Shown here: positions 9,686 through 19,528 of the stretch, one piece after another
How the letters are laid out: each line of letters opens with the position of its first letter
Numbering within the stretch: position 1 is the first letter of the stretch
NCBI GenBank assembly: GCA_963845755.1
Contig: CAWJTV010000003.1
Span: forward strand, 96,001-160,000
DNA from: an uncultured Planctomycetota bacterium
GTDB taxonomy: Bacteria; Planctomycetota; Planctomycetia; Isosphaerales; Isosphaeraceae
Reading direction: 5' to 3'
Length of the DNA stretch: 64,000 nt
The notes under the pieces: model-generated
The model's database searches: none
Seen by the model: the letters and a program-made list of their open reading frames with translations, nothing else
What the model was told of the DNA's origin: nothing
Program-made: the position numbers and the translations under genes

Positions 9686-10483
9686 TCAATCCTGGGGAGA
9701 TTCGGGCTTCTCGTCAACCGGCTCCTGGGGATCCGGGTTGGTCGTCTTCGATTTCGACGAGTTGCGCGTTGTCTTGGGGGCGTTCCTGGCCTTGGTCTTC
9801 GACGTCGTCTTGGCCTTCGCCTTCGGCTTGGTCCGGGAGCTGGCCGCGGTCGCCTTCGTCGTGGAACCTTCGGGCGCCTGGAGCTTGATGGCCAGGGAAT
9901 TGATGCAGAAGCGCAGGCCCGTCGGCGCGGCGGGATTGTCGTTGAAGACGTGGCCCAGGTGGGCACCGCAGCGCCGGCACATGACCTCCATGCGCGGCTC
10001 GGCGGGATTGCTGTTGTCGACCGCGCTCGCCAGGGACTTCTCCGAGAACGGCCGCCAGAAGCTCGGCCAGCCCGTCCCGGAATCGAACTTGTGTTGCGCG
10101 TTGAACAACGGCGAGTAAGCGTCGGCGGCATCGCAGCAGGCGCACACGAAGACACCCCGGTAATGGCGGTCCGCGGGATACTTGCCGGAGAACGGTGGCT
10201 CCGTCGCCTTCTCTCGCGTGACCGCATAGACATAGCGAGGGAGGATCTTCCTCCACTGCTCATCGGTCTTGCGGATGAACTCGGGCTCGGCCTTCTTCTT
10301 CTCGGCTTCCTTTGCGCCGGCCTTGTCCGCGGCCGGCTGGGACGGGTCCTGAGACCCCGAACCCTTCGCCGAATTCTCGGTGGTCTGGGATGGGGCTTGC
10401 GCCGCCATGGCGATCGACGCAGCCAGCAGGGCGATCGTGACCGTCGCCGCGCACGTCCGGAAAAAGAACCGATGATTCCCCAT
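9686..10483 (-). CDS. msrB: Peptide-methionine (R)-S-oxide reductase with signal peptide and Lys-rich tail
   Basis: TEPPFSG, KFDSGTGWPSF, CRRCGAHLGHVF, GLRFCINS. Confidence 0.93.
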   Translation of the reverse strand: MGNHRFFFRTCAATVTIALLAASIAMAAQAPSQTTENSAKGSGSQDPSQPAADKAGAKEAEKKKAEPEFIRKTDEQWRKILPRYVYAVTREKATEPPFSGKYPADRHYRGVFVCACCDAADAYSPLFNAQHKFDSGTGWPSFWRPFSEKSLASAVDNSNPAEPRMEVMCRRCGAHLGHVFNDNPAAPTGLRFCINSLAIKLQAPEGSTTKATAASSRTKPKAKAKTTSKTKARNAPKTTRNSSKSKTTNPDPQEPVDEKPESPQD

Positions 10484-10764
10484 GATGGATCATCCTCAAA
10501 CGAGGGCCCGAGTTCGATCCGACAGCATACTCAAAGAGTGGACGAGAAGGTGGTGGGGTCGGCGTAGCGTAGGGTAGGTCGAGCCGCGATTCATCGCGGC
10601 GAGGCCCACCGAATGCGCCGCGGTGCTCGGTGGGCCCCACGACGCCGAGCGGCGTTCGACCCACGTGACAACGCGCTTCTCGCACACTTTCAGCCCTTGC
10701 GGACTGTTCCTTCATCATAGGAAATTCATCGGACCGAGCAAGACCTGGGCGATGACCCAGGGAA

Positions 10765-12126
10765 TCAGCGGCCTCCTACTGGACGAACAGCCAGAGACCG
10801 ATCGCTGCGAGGACCGCTCCGCAGAGGAGCCCGAGCCGTCGCTGCCAGGTTCGGCGCGCGGTCGAGTCCGATCGTGGCGGACTTGACCTTCCAGGCCAGG
10901 CAGCCGACCGCGACGAGGACCGCGGCCATCCCTGCGCTGAAGGCCAGCACGAGTCCCACGCCGGCGGCCAGGCGGCCCAGGGCCGCCGCCATCACCAGCA
11001 AGCCAACCGCGTCCCAGCAGGGAACCAGGCCGCCGGCCAGTCCCAGGCCGATGAGGCCCAGATTATCCCGGGTGACCGCGCCGACCGCCTCGATTTCGTG
11101 TTCGCCGTAGCCGCCCAGGTGCCGTCCGAGCCGCCAGAAGCCGGACGCCGCGATTACGAAGCCGGCGACCTGGGTCAGCCCATGATGGATCGTGCCCACC
11201 CGGCTGGTACCGGTGTACCAGAGCACGGCGGCGATGAGGAGCACGCTGCTGATATGAGCCAGGGTCGTGGCCAGGCCCAGGAGCGCCGGCTGGTAGAACC
11301 GCGCATCGGGCCCCAGCGCCACCGCCGTGACCAGGGTCTTGCCATGCCCCGGCTGGATCGCATGGGCCGCACCGAGACCCAGAGCGATCAGGGCCAGCAT
11401 CACCCACGAGAGATGCGCGCGCTCGTCCAGCAAACGCGAAACGCCCCACGATCGGCCGTCGCGGCCGGCCGCCGGAACCGGCGGCTCCGTGGCGGCGATC
11501 TCCACGGTTGCCGGGCGCTTCGATTCCTCCTCCGAGGTGCGGTATGGGATCTCGATCTGCTTGGTCCGACGATCCTCGGCGTCGCTCAGTTCCCAGACGG
11601 CTCGGATCGGGACCTGATCCACATCCGTCGGACCATCGTTCCCCTCGAGGACCACCCCATCCCGGCCGCGAATGGCCAACCGACTCGTCCCCTCGCTCGA
11701 CACGAAATTCCGGTCCCGGATCGAGAGCCGCCCCTGAACCGGGATCTTCGCCTCGAGATGAAAGCTGTAACGCGGATGTTCCTCGACCACGAGGCTATAC
11801 CCGATCGAAGCGACCTCGATCGGTGATCCGTCCACCGCGACCAGGAACCCCTTGGCGTTCAGGGGGCCTGTCACCTGGCCGTAGAGGGCCAGCCACTCGG
11901 ACCGCTCGGTGCCGGGCCGCGAGCCGATGAGCGAGCGGAGGTCCTGCGTCAGCGTCAGCTCGGTCAAGCTGATTTCATAATCGATCGTCAGCCGGCCGGG
12001 GGTCACCGTCGCCTGAATCGAGCGATCCACGCGCTGGTTGGGGATGTCATGAGCGCGCGACGAGGGCGTAGCAAGTCCCGCGACCGCAAGCACGCAGTAC
12101 ACAGAAAAGGCCCGAGACGCCCGCAT
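10765..12126 (-). CDS. Nickel/cobalt transporter (RcnA/NicO-like) with N-terminal periplasmic domain
   Basis: Signal peptide ending AHD; GAAHAIQPGHGKT and GLVPC motifs; multiple TM helices. Confidence 0.8.
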   Translation of the reverse strand: MRASRAFSVYCVLAVAGLATPSSRAHDIPNQRVDRSIQATVTPGRLTIDYEISLTELTLTQDLRSLIGSRPGTERSEWLALYGQVTGPLNAKGFLVAVDGSPIEVASIGYSLVVEEHPRYSFHLEAKIPVQGRLSIRDRNFVSSEGTSRLAIRGRDGVVLEGNDGPTDVDQVPIRAVWELSDAEDRRTKQIEIPYRTSEEESKRPATVEIAATEPPVPAAGRDGRSWGVSRLLDERAHLSWVMLALIALGLGAAHAIQPGHGKTLVTAVALGPDARFYQPALLGLATTLAHISSVLLIAAVLWYTGTSRVGTIHHGLTQVAGFVIAASGFWRLGRHLGGYGEHEIEAVGAVTRDNLGLIGLGLAGGLVPCWDAVGLLVMAAALGRLAAGVGLVLAFSAGMAAVLVAVGCLAWKVKSATIGLDRAPNLAATARAPLRSGPRSDRSLAVRPVGGR

Positions 12127-12162
12127 TGTCCTCACTGCCTACTGCCGACCGCCTACTGCCCG

Positions 12163-12546
12163 TCAGTTGTAATACTTGGCGATCGCCTTGTGCACCACGT
12201 AAATCACCACGTGCTTGCTGACCGGTTTGGCCAGCACGCAGAAGGCATGCTCGGAAAGCGCCCGGCGCATCAGGTTGTCGTCCTGATCGGCCGTGATCAA
12301 GATCGCCGGGATCGTCCCCTTCATCTGTCGGACGAGTGCCAGGGTCTCCAGCCCGGAGAGGCGAGGGAGATGCATATCCATCAGGGCGAGATGCACCTCG
12401 TGCTCGCGCACCAGATCCAGGGCCTCTTCCCCGCTCTCGGCCATGAGCGTCCGGTAGCCTTGCGGTGCGACGATCTCGCGCAAGGTCTCGCGAGCGACCG
12501 GATCGTCGTCGGTGATCAGGATCGAGTAGGTTTGACCGAGGGTCAT
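12163..12546 (-). CDS. Single-domain response regulator (receiver)
   Basis: ILITDDD, LMDMHLPRLSG, LITA, KP motifs. Confidence 0.9.
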   Translation of the reverse strand: MTLGQTYSILITDDDPVARETLREIVAPQGYRTLMAESGEEALDLVREHEVHLALMDMHLPRLSGLETLALVRQMKGTIPAILITADQDDNLMRRALSEHAFCVLAKPVSKHVVIYVVHKAIAKYYN

Positions 12547-12756
12547 GAGACACGCGCTCACATCACCGAAGACTTGAAGCCACCATCACTTTGGTGATTC
12601 CTATGCACGCCTTGCGCCACTCTCGATACTTGGCACTCCTCCATCTGAAAGCAAACCGGCAACTCTCTGCAATACCTTAGTTTAGAATTCCCGCCTCAGC
12701 CCGTCCCTCGTGATGATTCCCGGGGACATTCACGGGTTTGAATGCCAGTTTGACAG

Positions 12757-14198
12757 TCATCGCGCCGTGGATTGACGGTTGTTCGGGCTATCCGTGCCGA
12801 TGGCCGCGCGAGCAAATCGCGATAGCAAGCCGTTCGCTTCGCCCCACCGCTGATTCGGGTCGAACGCATCGGCCGCCGCCAGCTCCGTCGGATCCTCACG
12901 CACCGCGTGATAGACATAACGCTCGTTCAGCTCGCCTGAAGGATCTTTGGCAACAGTCAAGCATGGCAGCATGGTATTGACATCGAGGAAAACGGTCCAC
13001 GTCTCTCCGGAGGGAGTACGGCGCGTGAAGACGTGGCTGGGGCGATTGAGGCCCGGTGGTTTCTCGACGCCGCGATAGTCGAGTCGGCCGAGAACTTTCT
13101 GCTGGGAGCCATCCTGGGCCTTCTGGAGGTTCTCGATGATGGTATCGAGGCCCGCTTCGGCGATCGAGTGCCGGCTGTTCTTCATGATCAGGGGGCTATC
13201 GACCGCGATCTTCATCGTGGGGAGGGGGATCGCGGTCTTCGGCATGTGGACGAAGAGCGAGCGCGCATCGATGCGGGTGGAGTAGATGACCTCTCGCCCC
13301 TGATTCGGACCGTCCGTCCATTCCAGACGGACCGCCTTGGGGTCGCGGCGGATGCTCAGGAGGATCTGTTCCTCGGGCTGAAGCTGACCGCCGACGCGCT
13401 CGATTCGCGCGATTTTGACCTGGTAGGTGGCGAGGGATCGCAACTTGGCCGCGCTCTGGGCGAGGATGGCCGCACCGTCGGGGGACGCGCGCGAGCCGGG
13501 CGCTTCGGCGGGGGAGCCGGGCGGGGCTCCGGAACGTCTCGCGGGTTGCGGGGATCCTCCACCGGCTGGTGGGCGAGCTGCTGCGCGGAGGCCGGATCGG
13601 CCTCCTCCGGCTCCAGGACCGTTTCGTTCATCGATATCGGAGCGAACTGGGCAGGCGAGACTCCTGCCGCGCCTTCGCGCCCGTCCCCGGTTAAGGAGGG
13701 CTCGGACGGAGCCTCGCCCTCCTCCCGGGCCAAACGAAACGGCGCTTCCTCGGGCTGGGGCGGGTCGGCGAGTGCGGGGAGGGGCTCCGGCGGCCCCAGA
13801 GTGACCTGGATCGCCTCGTCTCGAGCCGGATCGGTCCTCCGGCGCGCGCGGGCACGCATCTCGTCCCCGGCCAGGGACGCGAGCTGCGCCTCATCCTGCG
13901 GGTCCTGGGCTGTTGCACCATCGCCACGAATCCGACTTGCCGAATCGGCCGACCGTTTGGCCAGCGCATCGGCCCGCTCCTTGGCCGCGTGCATGTACCG
14001 GGCATAATAGTCGGCCGCCGGGTCGAGAGCGGGTTGGGAGTGGTCCCAGAGGCCTAGCCAACCAGGACGATCGCCTGTCCCGTCCGAGCGCAGGCCCGTC
14101 ATCGTAGAGCAGCCGAACTCCATCGAGCTGAGAGCCAGCCCCAGGCATGCCAGGATCCGCGGCCACGGCGGGTGGGCGCCCTCCCTTGCTCTGAACAT
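12757..14198 (-). CDS. DUF1571-domain secreted or lipoprotein (frameshift near 13500)
   Basis: C-terminal ERVGGQLQPEE...AVRLEWTDGPNQGREVIY...SRHSIAEAG; Pro-rich N-terminal part in ORF 13356-14252. Confidence 0.7.
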
Positions 14199-14253
14199 GG
14201 CTTCCTGCTCCCCTCCTTGGGGATCATCACTCCAGCCGGCACTCGTCCTCAAC

Positions 14254-14312
14254 GTAGGTCAGGCTTTCCAGCCTGACTTCCCGGTTTCGTCAGCCTGGAA
14301 AGCCTGACCTAC
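14254..14312. repeat. GTAG-type REP doublet
   Basis: GTAGGTCAGGCTTTCCAGCCTGAC ... GTCAGCCTGGAAAGCCTGACCTAC, inverted pair of palindromic units. Confidence 0.75.
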
Positions 14313-14573
14313 CTGGGATTCCTTTGTTCTCAGGCCGAAATGCCGAGCAGCCGCTTACAGTCTGTTCCATAAGTCCCTTCCCGAGCCCCCGAATGGGGGC
14401 GGAAACGCGTAGCCAGGCCGTGAGCCCTTGGACGAGGAGACTCCGTTGGAGGAAGATCGTCCAGGGGCTTATGCCCCTGCCTACGTCCGGTCACCCCTCC
14501 GGGGCTTTGGGAACAGACGCTTAGCCGGGAGGCAATACCAGATCCTCACGATCCCGGCAAGCCGAACTCGTCA

Positions 14574-16268
14574 TCAGCCGACGGTCTCGGGGCGGAGGAA
14601 GCGGTCGATCTGGCCGAGGTCGGGAATCAGGTGCGGCTGTTTGTATTGTTCGACCGTACCTCCACTTTTAGCGAGTCGTCGCTTCTGGAATTCAGCCCAG
14701 GATCCAAGGGGAATCGCGAGGATGTGGACTGGGCCGAGTCTGCGGGTATCCTGCCGGTTCGCGTATTCGAGGTTTTGCCGGCGGAGTTCCTGTTCCACGG
14801 CTGCGGCGAGCCGTTCCACGGCCGCAGGGCCGGTCAGGTCGTCTTCTTCGACGAGCAGGGCGTAGTGGGGCGGGTCGGCCCAGGAGGGAAGGAGCAGGTA
14901 TGACTTGAGCGTGAAGCCGGCGATCCGCTGGGCGGCCTGCACGGCGGCGATCACCTGATGCTCGGAGAGCTTCTCGCCGGTCAAGCTCGAGTAGTGCGCC
15001 CCTTTGTTCAGGAATTCGATCAGCGGCGTCGAGCCGCGGTAGCCGACGCAACGGACCAGGTCGGAGATGTTGTATCGGTAGAGTCCCCCGGCGGTGGTCA
15101 GGACGATGAAGTAATTGCGCCCCTCGATCAACTCGTGCGCCTCGACCGTCTCCGGCTCCGCACTCTCGGCCTGATCCTCCGGGATGAACTCGAAATAATG
15201 GTAGCGGATGTCCAGCAAGCCCGCGGGTGTCCCGTCTTCGATCGGGATCGTCATCCGCCCTTCCGACGCGATCAGCCCGACGTCGCGCACCGGCGTCTCG
15301 CCGAAGAACTCGGGATAACCGCGGAGGTACGCCTTCATCGTCCCGCCCATCCAGTTTGACAGGAAGTCGAGCCTGGGCCAGTAGTCTTTCGGCAGGAGCC
15401 GTCCGGTTCGTTCGACGATCCGTTCCAGCCTGCGGGCGGCACGCCGATGGCGGATCCGTGTCCTGAGCCGGAGCGCCCGCCGGATCTCCGGAGAGATGTC
15501 CCAGCGGGCGTCGATGGTGCCGTCGAACAGGTCGCGGATCAGCAAGGCTTTCTCGCGGTCGCCCAGCCGGGCCATGGACAGGATCGTGCTGGGATTGGCG
15601 GCGATGATCGTGCCCAGGTTGCGATACACCGAGAACCGCAGGGCCACGTAGTACTTCGACTCGATGTCCTTGATCCGCGACGCGACCGCCGGCATGCAAT
15701 ACGTCGTCCGGACCAGCAGGTTCTGGATATGGGCCGTCAGCCCCGTGATCGCGCCGCAGGGAATCCCCGCGGGCGTGACGCTCTCGCGCCAGTCGCTGGC
15801 CAACTGGAGGATCGGGCGGAGGCCATAGCGGAGGATCGCAGGATGGGCGTCGAAAGCCATGATGCCCCAGGTCGTCCATCCCTCACGATAATCGCGCAGC
15901 GACTCGCGGGTCACGGGGATCGTCTTGGGACGGTTGGTCGTCCCCGACGTCATGGCGAACATCAAGACCTCGGTCCCGGGACCGAACAGGGCGCCCAGGT
16001 CGCCATGACGTACCCGGTCGATGTACGGCTCCATGCGATCGTAAGAGCCGATGGGCACGCGACGGCGGAAGTCGGCCGGCGTACGGATCTCACCGAAATG
16101 ATGGTCGCGGCCGAACTGGCTGTCGGCGTGCCGGGCGATCCGTCGCAGGAGCAGGTCGCGCTGCACCTCGGCGGCCCGATGGGTCTGGTCGAGGAACGCC
16201 CGCGCCAGCCGGCGCGCCCGGATCTCGACCGGCGCGCCGAGGAGTCGCATGATGGAAGTATTGATCAC
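14574..16268 (-). CDS. GH3 family acyl-acid amido synthetase-like protein (start may be ATG 16250)
   Basis: TSGTT..PKTIPVT, ASEG, TTAGGLYRYNISDLV, GEKLSE, QYKQPHL. Confidence 0.88.
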   Translation of the reverse strand: MINTSIMRLLGAPVEIRARRLARAFLDQTHRAAEVQRDLLLRRIARHADSQFGRDHHFGEIRTPADFRRRVPIGSYDRMEPYIDRVRHGDLGALFGPGTEVLMFAMTSGTTNRPKTIPVTRESLRDYREGWTTWGIMAFDAHPAILRYGLRPILQLASDWRESVTPAGIPCGAITGLTAHIQNLLVRTTYCMPAVASRIKDIESKYYVALRFSVYRNLGTIIAANPSTILSMARLGDREKALLIRDLFDGTIDARWDISPEIRRALRLRTRIRHRRAARRLERIVERTGRLLPKDYWPRLDFLSNWMGGTMKAYLRGYPEFFGETPVRDVGLIASEGRMTIPIEDGTPAGLLDIRYHYFEFIPEDQAESAEPETVEAHELIEGRNYFIVLTTAGGLYRYNISDLVRCVGYRGSTPLIEFLNKGAHYSSLTGEKLSEHQVIAAVQAAQRIAGFTLKSYLLLPSWADPPHYALLVEEDDLTGPAAVERLAAAVEQELRRQNLEYANRQDTRRLGPVHILAIPLGSWAEFQKRRLAKSGGTVEQYKQPHLIPDLGQIDRFLRPETVG

Positions 16269-16732
16269 TCGTGACGACCTCGGTACAGACCTGGTATCCC
16301 CTGCACGCGATGATGGGCGACGTCGAACCTCATCTCGCGAAGGATATCACATTCGTCGGCGCCACGGGGAACAGGCATGAGTCAGGCAACCGAGTCGATC
16401 GCGGCCCGATGAAATCGGCCGGTTCCTGTACCCTGTGAAACGAATGGCGAATCCGGTGACCTTGGGAGGAAAAGGCACAGACCACAACAGACACATCCCA
16501 GCCGAGCGGATTCCGTAAGGCTTGCGCGATTTTCCGCCGATGACGGCGCCCGAGTTCACTACGGGTCTCAGTCCCGCTCATCTCCAGCATACTCGGGATC
16601 CGGGTCGAACGGTAATTTGTTCGATCACCGTAACGGGTCAGGTCAAACTGTCCCACTGAAACGAGGTGGCGCGCGATCACCAGCCTCCAACTCCCAGGCC
16701 CGCAGCACGGAGCCGCTCTCCCGCGACTCTTA

Positions 16733-17239
16733 CTACGGCTTCGCGACCGCCCGGATGGTGCTCAGGGGAAGGAATAGCCGCATTGGGTTGTCCGTCAGCG
16801 ACAAGAATCCGTATCGCTCATAGAACGCCTTGGCCTCAGCGTCGAGTGCATCGACGACCGCCGAATGGACGCCGAGCTTCTCCGAGATGTCGAGCGATCG
16901 TGTCAAGGCATCCCGGAGGAGGACGCCGCCCAAGCCTCTTCTTTGGACGCTTCGATCGACCGCCAGACGCGCGAGCAGAACGACCGGCACGGCGTGCCGA
17001 GGAAGCTTCTTGACCTGTTGCACGGGCAGGCTCGCTACGCCGATCCCCCCGCTCGCCAGGGTGTAGTAGCCCAGCACTCGCCGCTCACCTTCCTGGAGCG
17101 CGACATAGGTCCGTCCCAGGTTCCGCTTCTCGTATTGGCCGACGAGCGCGTGCAGGAACTCATTAAGCGAAGGCTTGCCGCAGTCGAAGCCCTCCCGCAC
17201 ATGCCCGCGATCGAGTCGCTCGATCCGCCACTCATCCAC
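16733..17239 (-). CDS. GNAT acetyltransferase toxin (TacT/AtaT-like)
   Basis: FDCGKPSLNEFL, GYYTLAS, PVVLLARLAVD..QRRGLG, VVDALD..AKAFYERYGF. Confidence 0.88.
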   Translation of the reverse strand: MDEWRIERLDRGHVREGFDCGKPSLNEFLHALVGQYEKRNLGRTYVALQEGERRVLGYYTLASGGIGVASLPVQQVKKLPRHAVPVVLLARLAVDRSVQRRGLGGVLLRDALTRSLDISEKLGVHSAVVDALDAEAKAFYERYGFLSLTDNPMRLFLPLSTIRAVAKP

Positions 17240-17516
17240 GCGTCTTGGCCTTCCCCACCATGAGGCGCCGCAGGGCGGCGTTGGGCTTCGGCGGATGATC
17301 GAGTGCGTGCAAGAACCGCTCGCGCTCCGGATCCGAAAGGACGATCGGCGCGTCCTCCGAGAAACGAATCTCGTCCTCGGGGATCACGCGCGCCTTGCGA
17401 ATGCGCAGCTCATTCTCGCTCAACTGCTCGATGATGATCGTCGCATTGGCGAACGCTTTGGGCAGGCTGACCCGGCCCTTCGCATCCGTCGATCTCGTTT
17501 CCTGGCCCATCTCCAT
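17232..17516 (-). CDS. Antitoxin with DUF1778-like C-terminus and AbrB/MraZ-like N-terminus
   Basis: Overlaps the toxin start; C-terminal IVLSDPERERFLHALDHPPKPNAALRRLM; N-terminal TDAKGRVSLPK. Confidence 0.75.
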   Translation of the reverse strand: MEMGQETRSTDAKGRVSLPKAFANATIIIEQLSENELRIRKARVIPEDEIRFSEDAPIVLSDPERERFLHALDHPPKPNAALRRLMVGKAKTRG

Positions 17517-18144
17517 TCCTTTCTGTCCTGCACCACCGATTCCAGCATACGTTCACGGGGGATAGTGGTCAAGTGGGAATCTCCCACGAACTCCTTGTCG
17601 GGTTGTTGCGCAGCCGACGGTTTCATCGCTCCAAATCGGTACGCCGCCGCGTCGTTCGCGCCGCGCGGCTACGCCCGGCCAGTTCGAGCACCCGAGTCCG
17701 CGGGGCAGGTGTCCTCGACGTTGTGCCGCGACCAGTCGCGGCAGACCACGATGCCGTGAGGCGGCCGCACCCTGAGATCCTCCCCAGATCGCCAGAACCT
17801 GCCGGGCGGGCCTTCTTCTGCATGCGCTCCTTCTGGCGTTGGTTTTTCTCGAGAATTCGCAAATTGGTCACAATATATATAAATATATATATTATTATTT
17901 TTATGGCCAATTATGGCCCTCTCGAGAGCGAAGACCCTTCTCCAGCCGGGCTGTCCTGGGCCCTGAAGCGGGAGCCGCGGGGCTGCGGGCCGTCTCCACG
18001 CTCGGCGCGGAGGATCGTGGTCCATGGTGCCAGGGGCACGTGGCACGTGGCGGAGGATTCCAGCCTTCGGTTTACAACCCCCTGCCGCAAGGCTATGATC
18101 TTCGGTACTTTGCGTCCCAATCGCCCATCCTCGCCGAGCCGCCG

Positions 18145-19493
18145 ATGAACGACAACCTTCCGGAAGACTCTGCCCTCGCGACCACGAACCTGGATGCCGA
18201 CCTCGACGCGAGCCGACCGACGAAGGTCCGATACCAGGTGCTGGCCGCGGCGTGCAGCCTGGCCGTCATCACTTATATCCACCGGGTCGGATTCGGGACG
18301 GTCGTGGCCGAGCTCCAGACGACCCTGAAGTTGAGCGACGCCCGCATCGGCTGGCTGATGGCCGCGTTCATGGTCGGCTACGGCATCTTCGAGATGCCCT
18401 GGGGTTTCCTCGGCGATCGGTTCGGCGTGCGGAACGTCCTGGCGGCGATCATCGTGGGCGGCTCGACTACCACCGCCTTGCTGGCGCTGGCGGGCTTCCT
18501 GCCGAACGAGGCGATCGTGATCTTCGCCTTCCTCATGGTCCTCCGATTCCTCTTCGGAGCCCTCCAGGCAGGGACGTTCCCGGTGATCTCGCGGATGATC
18601 GCCGACTGGATGCCGACGACCGAACGGGGCTCGGCCCAGGGAGCGGTCTGGATGTCCAGCCGGGTCGGCGGCTTCCTGGCTCCGATCCTGATCGTCTGGC
18701 TGTTCCAGGCCATCAGCGACTGGAAGGTCGCCCTGGTGCTGGTAGCGAGCGTGGGACTCGTCTGGTGCCTGGCATTCTGGCCCTGGTTCCGGAACCAACC
18801 CGAGGAGATGTCGCAGGTCAATCGGCAGGAGCGAATGCTGATCGCTGCCGGGCGGTCGGCCCACGCCGCACATGGCCATGGCGCGGTGCCCTGGTCGCGA
18901 ATGCTGCGGTCGCCGAGCGTCTGGCGCTCTGCTGGATGTATGGCTTTCTGGGCTTCAGCGGCAATTTCTACATCGCGCTGCTGCCCACCTACCTGAAGAA
19001 CCACCGTCACCTCGATTCGACGACGATGAGCTGGCTGTCGGGGTTACCCTTCGCGTTCGGGGTGGTGGCTTGCTTCGTGGGCGGATGGTTCTCCGACGCC
19101 ATCATCCGGCGTTGGGGAACGCAGTGGGGTCGTCGGATCGTCGGCGCGACCGGCCTGACTTTGGCCGGTCTCGCGATCGTCGCCGTTCCTTATGTGGACA
19201 ACGTCCCGATGCTGGGTTTCCTGCTCGCTCTCGCGTTCTTCGGGAATGACCTTGCGATGGCGCCGGCCTGGGCGGCCGCCGCCGACATCGGCGAACGTTA
19301 CACCGGCGTCCTCTCCGGCGCCATGAACATGATGGGCAGCTTCATGGCGGCCATCGAGGTCCTCATCATCGGCCAGCTCTTCCAGTGGGATTACCTCAAA
19401 GCACCTTTCATCATCCTCGGGGTCGCTTACGGCCTGGGTACCGTGTGCTGGATAGGGGTTGATGTCCGGAGGACGCTGGCGGGGACCGATTGA
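18145..19493 (+). CDS. MFS transporter (ACS/sugar-acid type), frameshift near 18925
   Basis: ITYIHRV, GFLGDRFGVR, WMPTTERGSAQG, GWFSD..IRR; about 12 TM segments over two frames. Confidence 0.85.
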
Positions 19494-19528
19494 CACCCGC
19501 CCGCGTCGGCATCTCCCCTGCCCTGGCT

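Noticed and set aside
9686..10483. msrB as part of the retron
   Set aside because: The name similarity to retron msr is coincidental. It is methionine sulfoxide reductase; although only ~25 nt upstream and co-oriented, nothing indicates a functional link.
12131..12162. Short heptamer-like repeats (CTGCCTA/CTGCCGA; also near 37600 and 48680) and 9-mer repeats near 50845
   Set aside because: Common low-information intergenic repeats with no associated genes.
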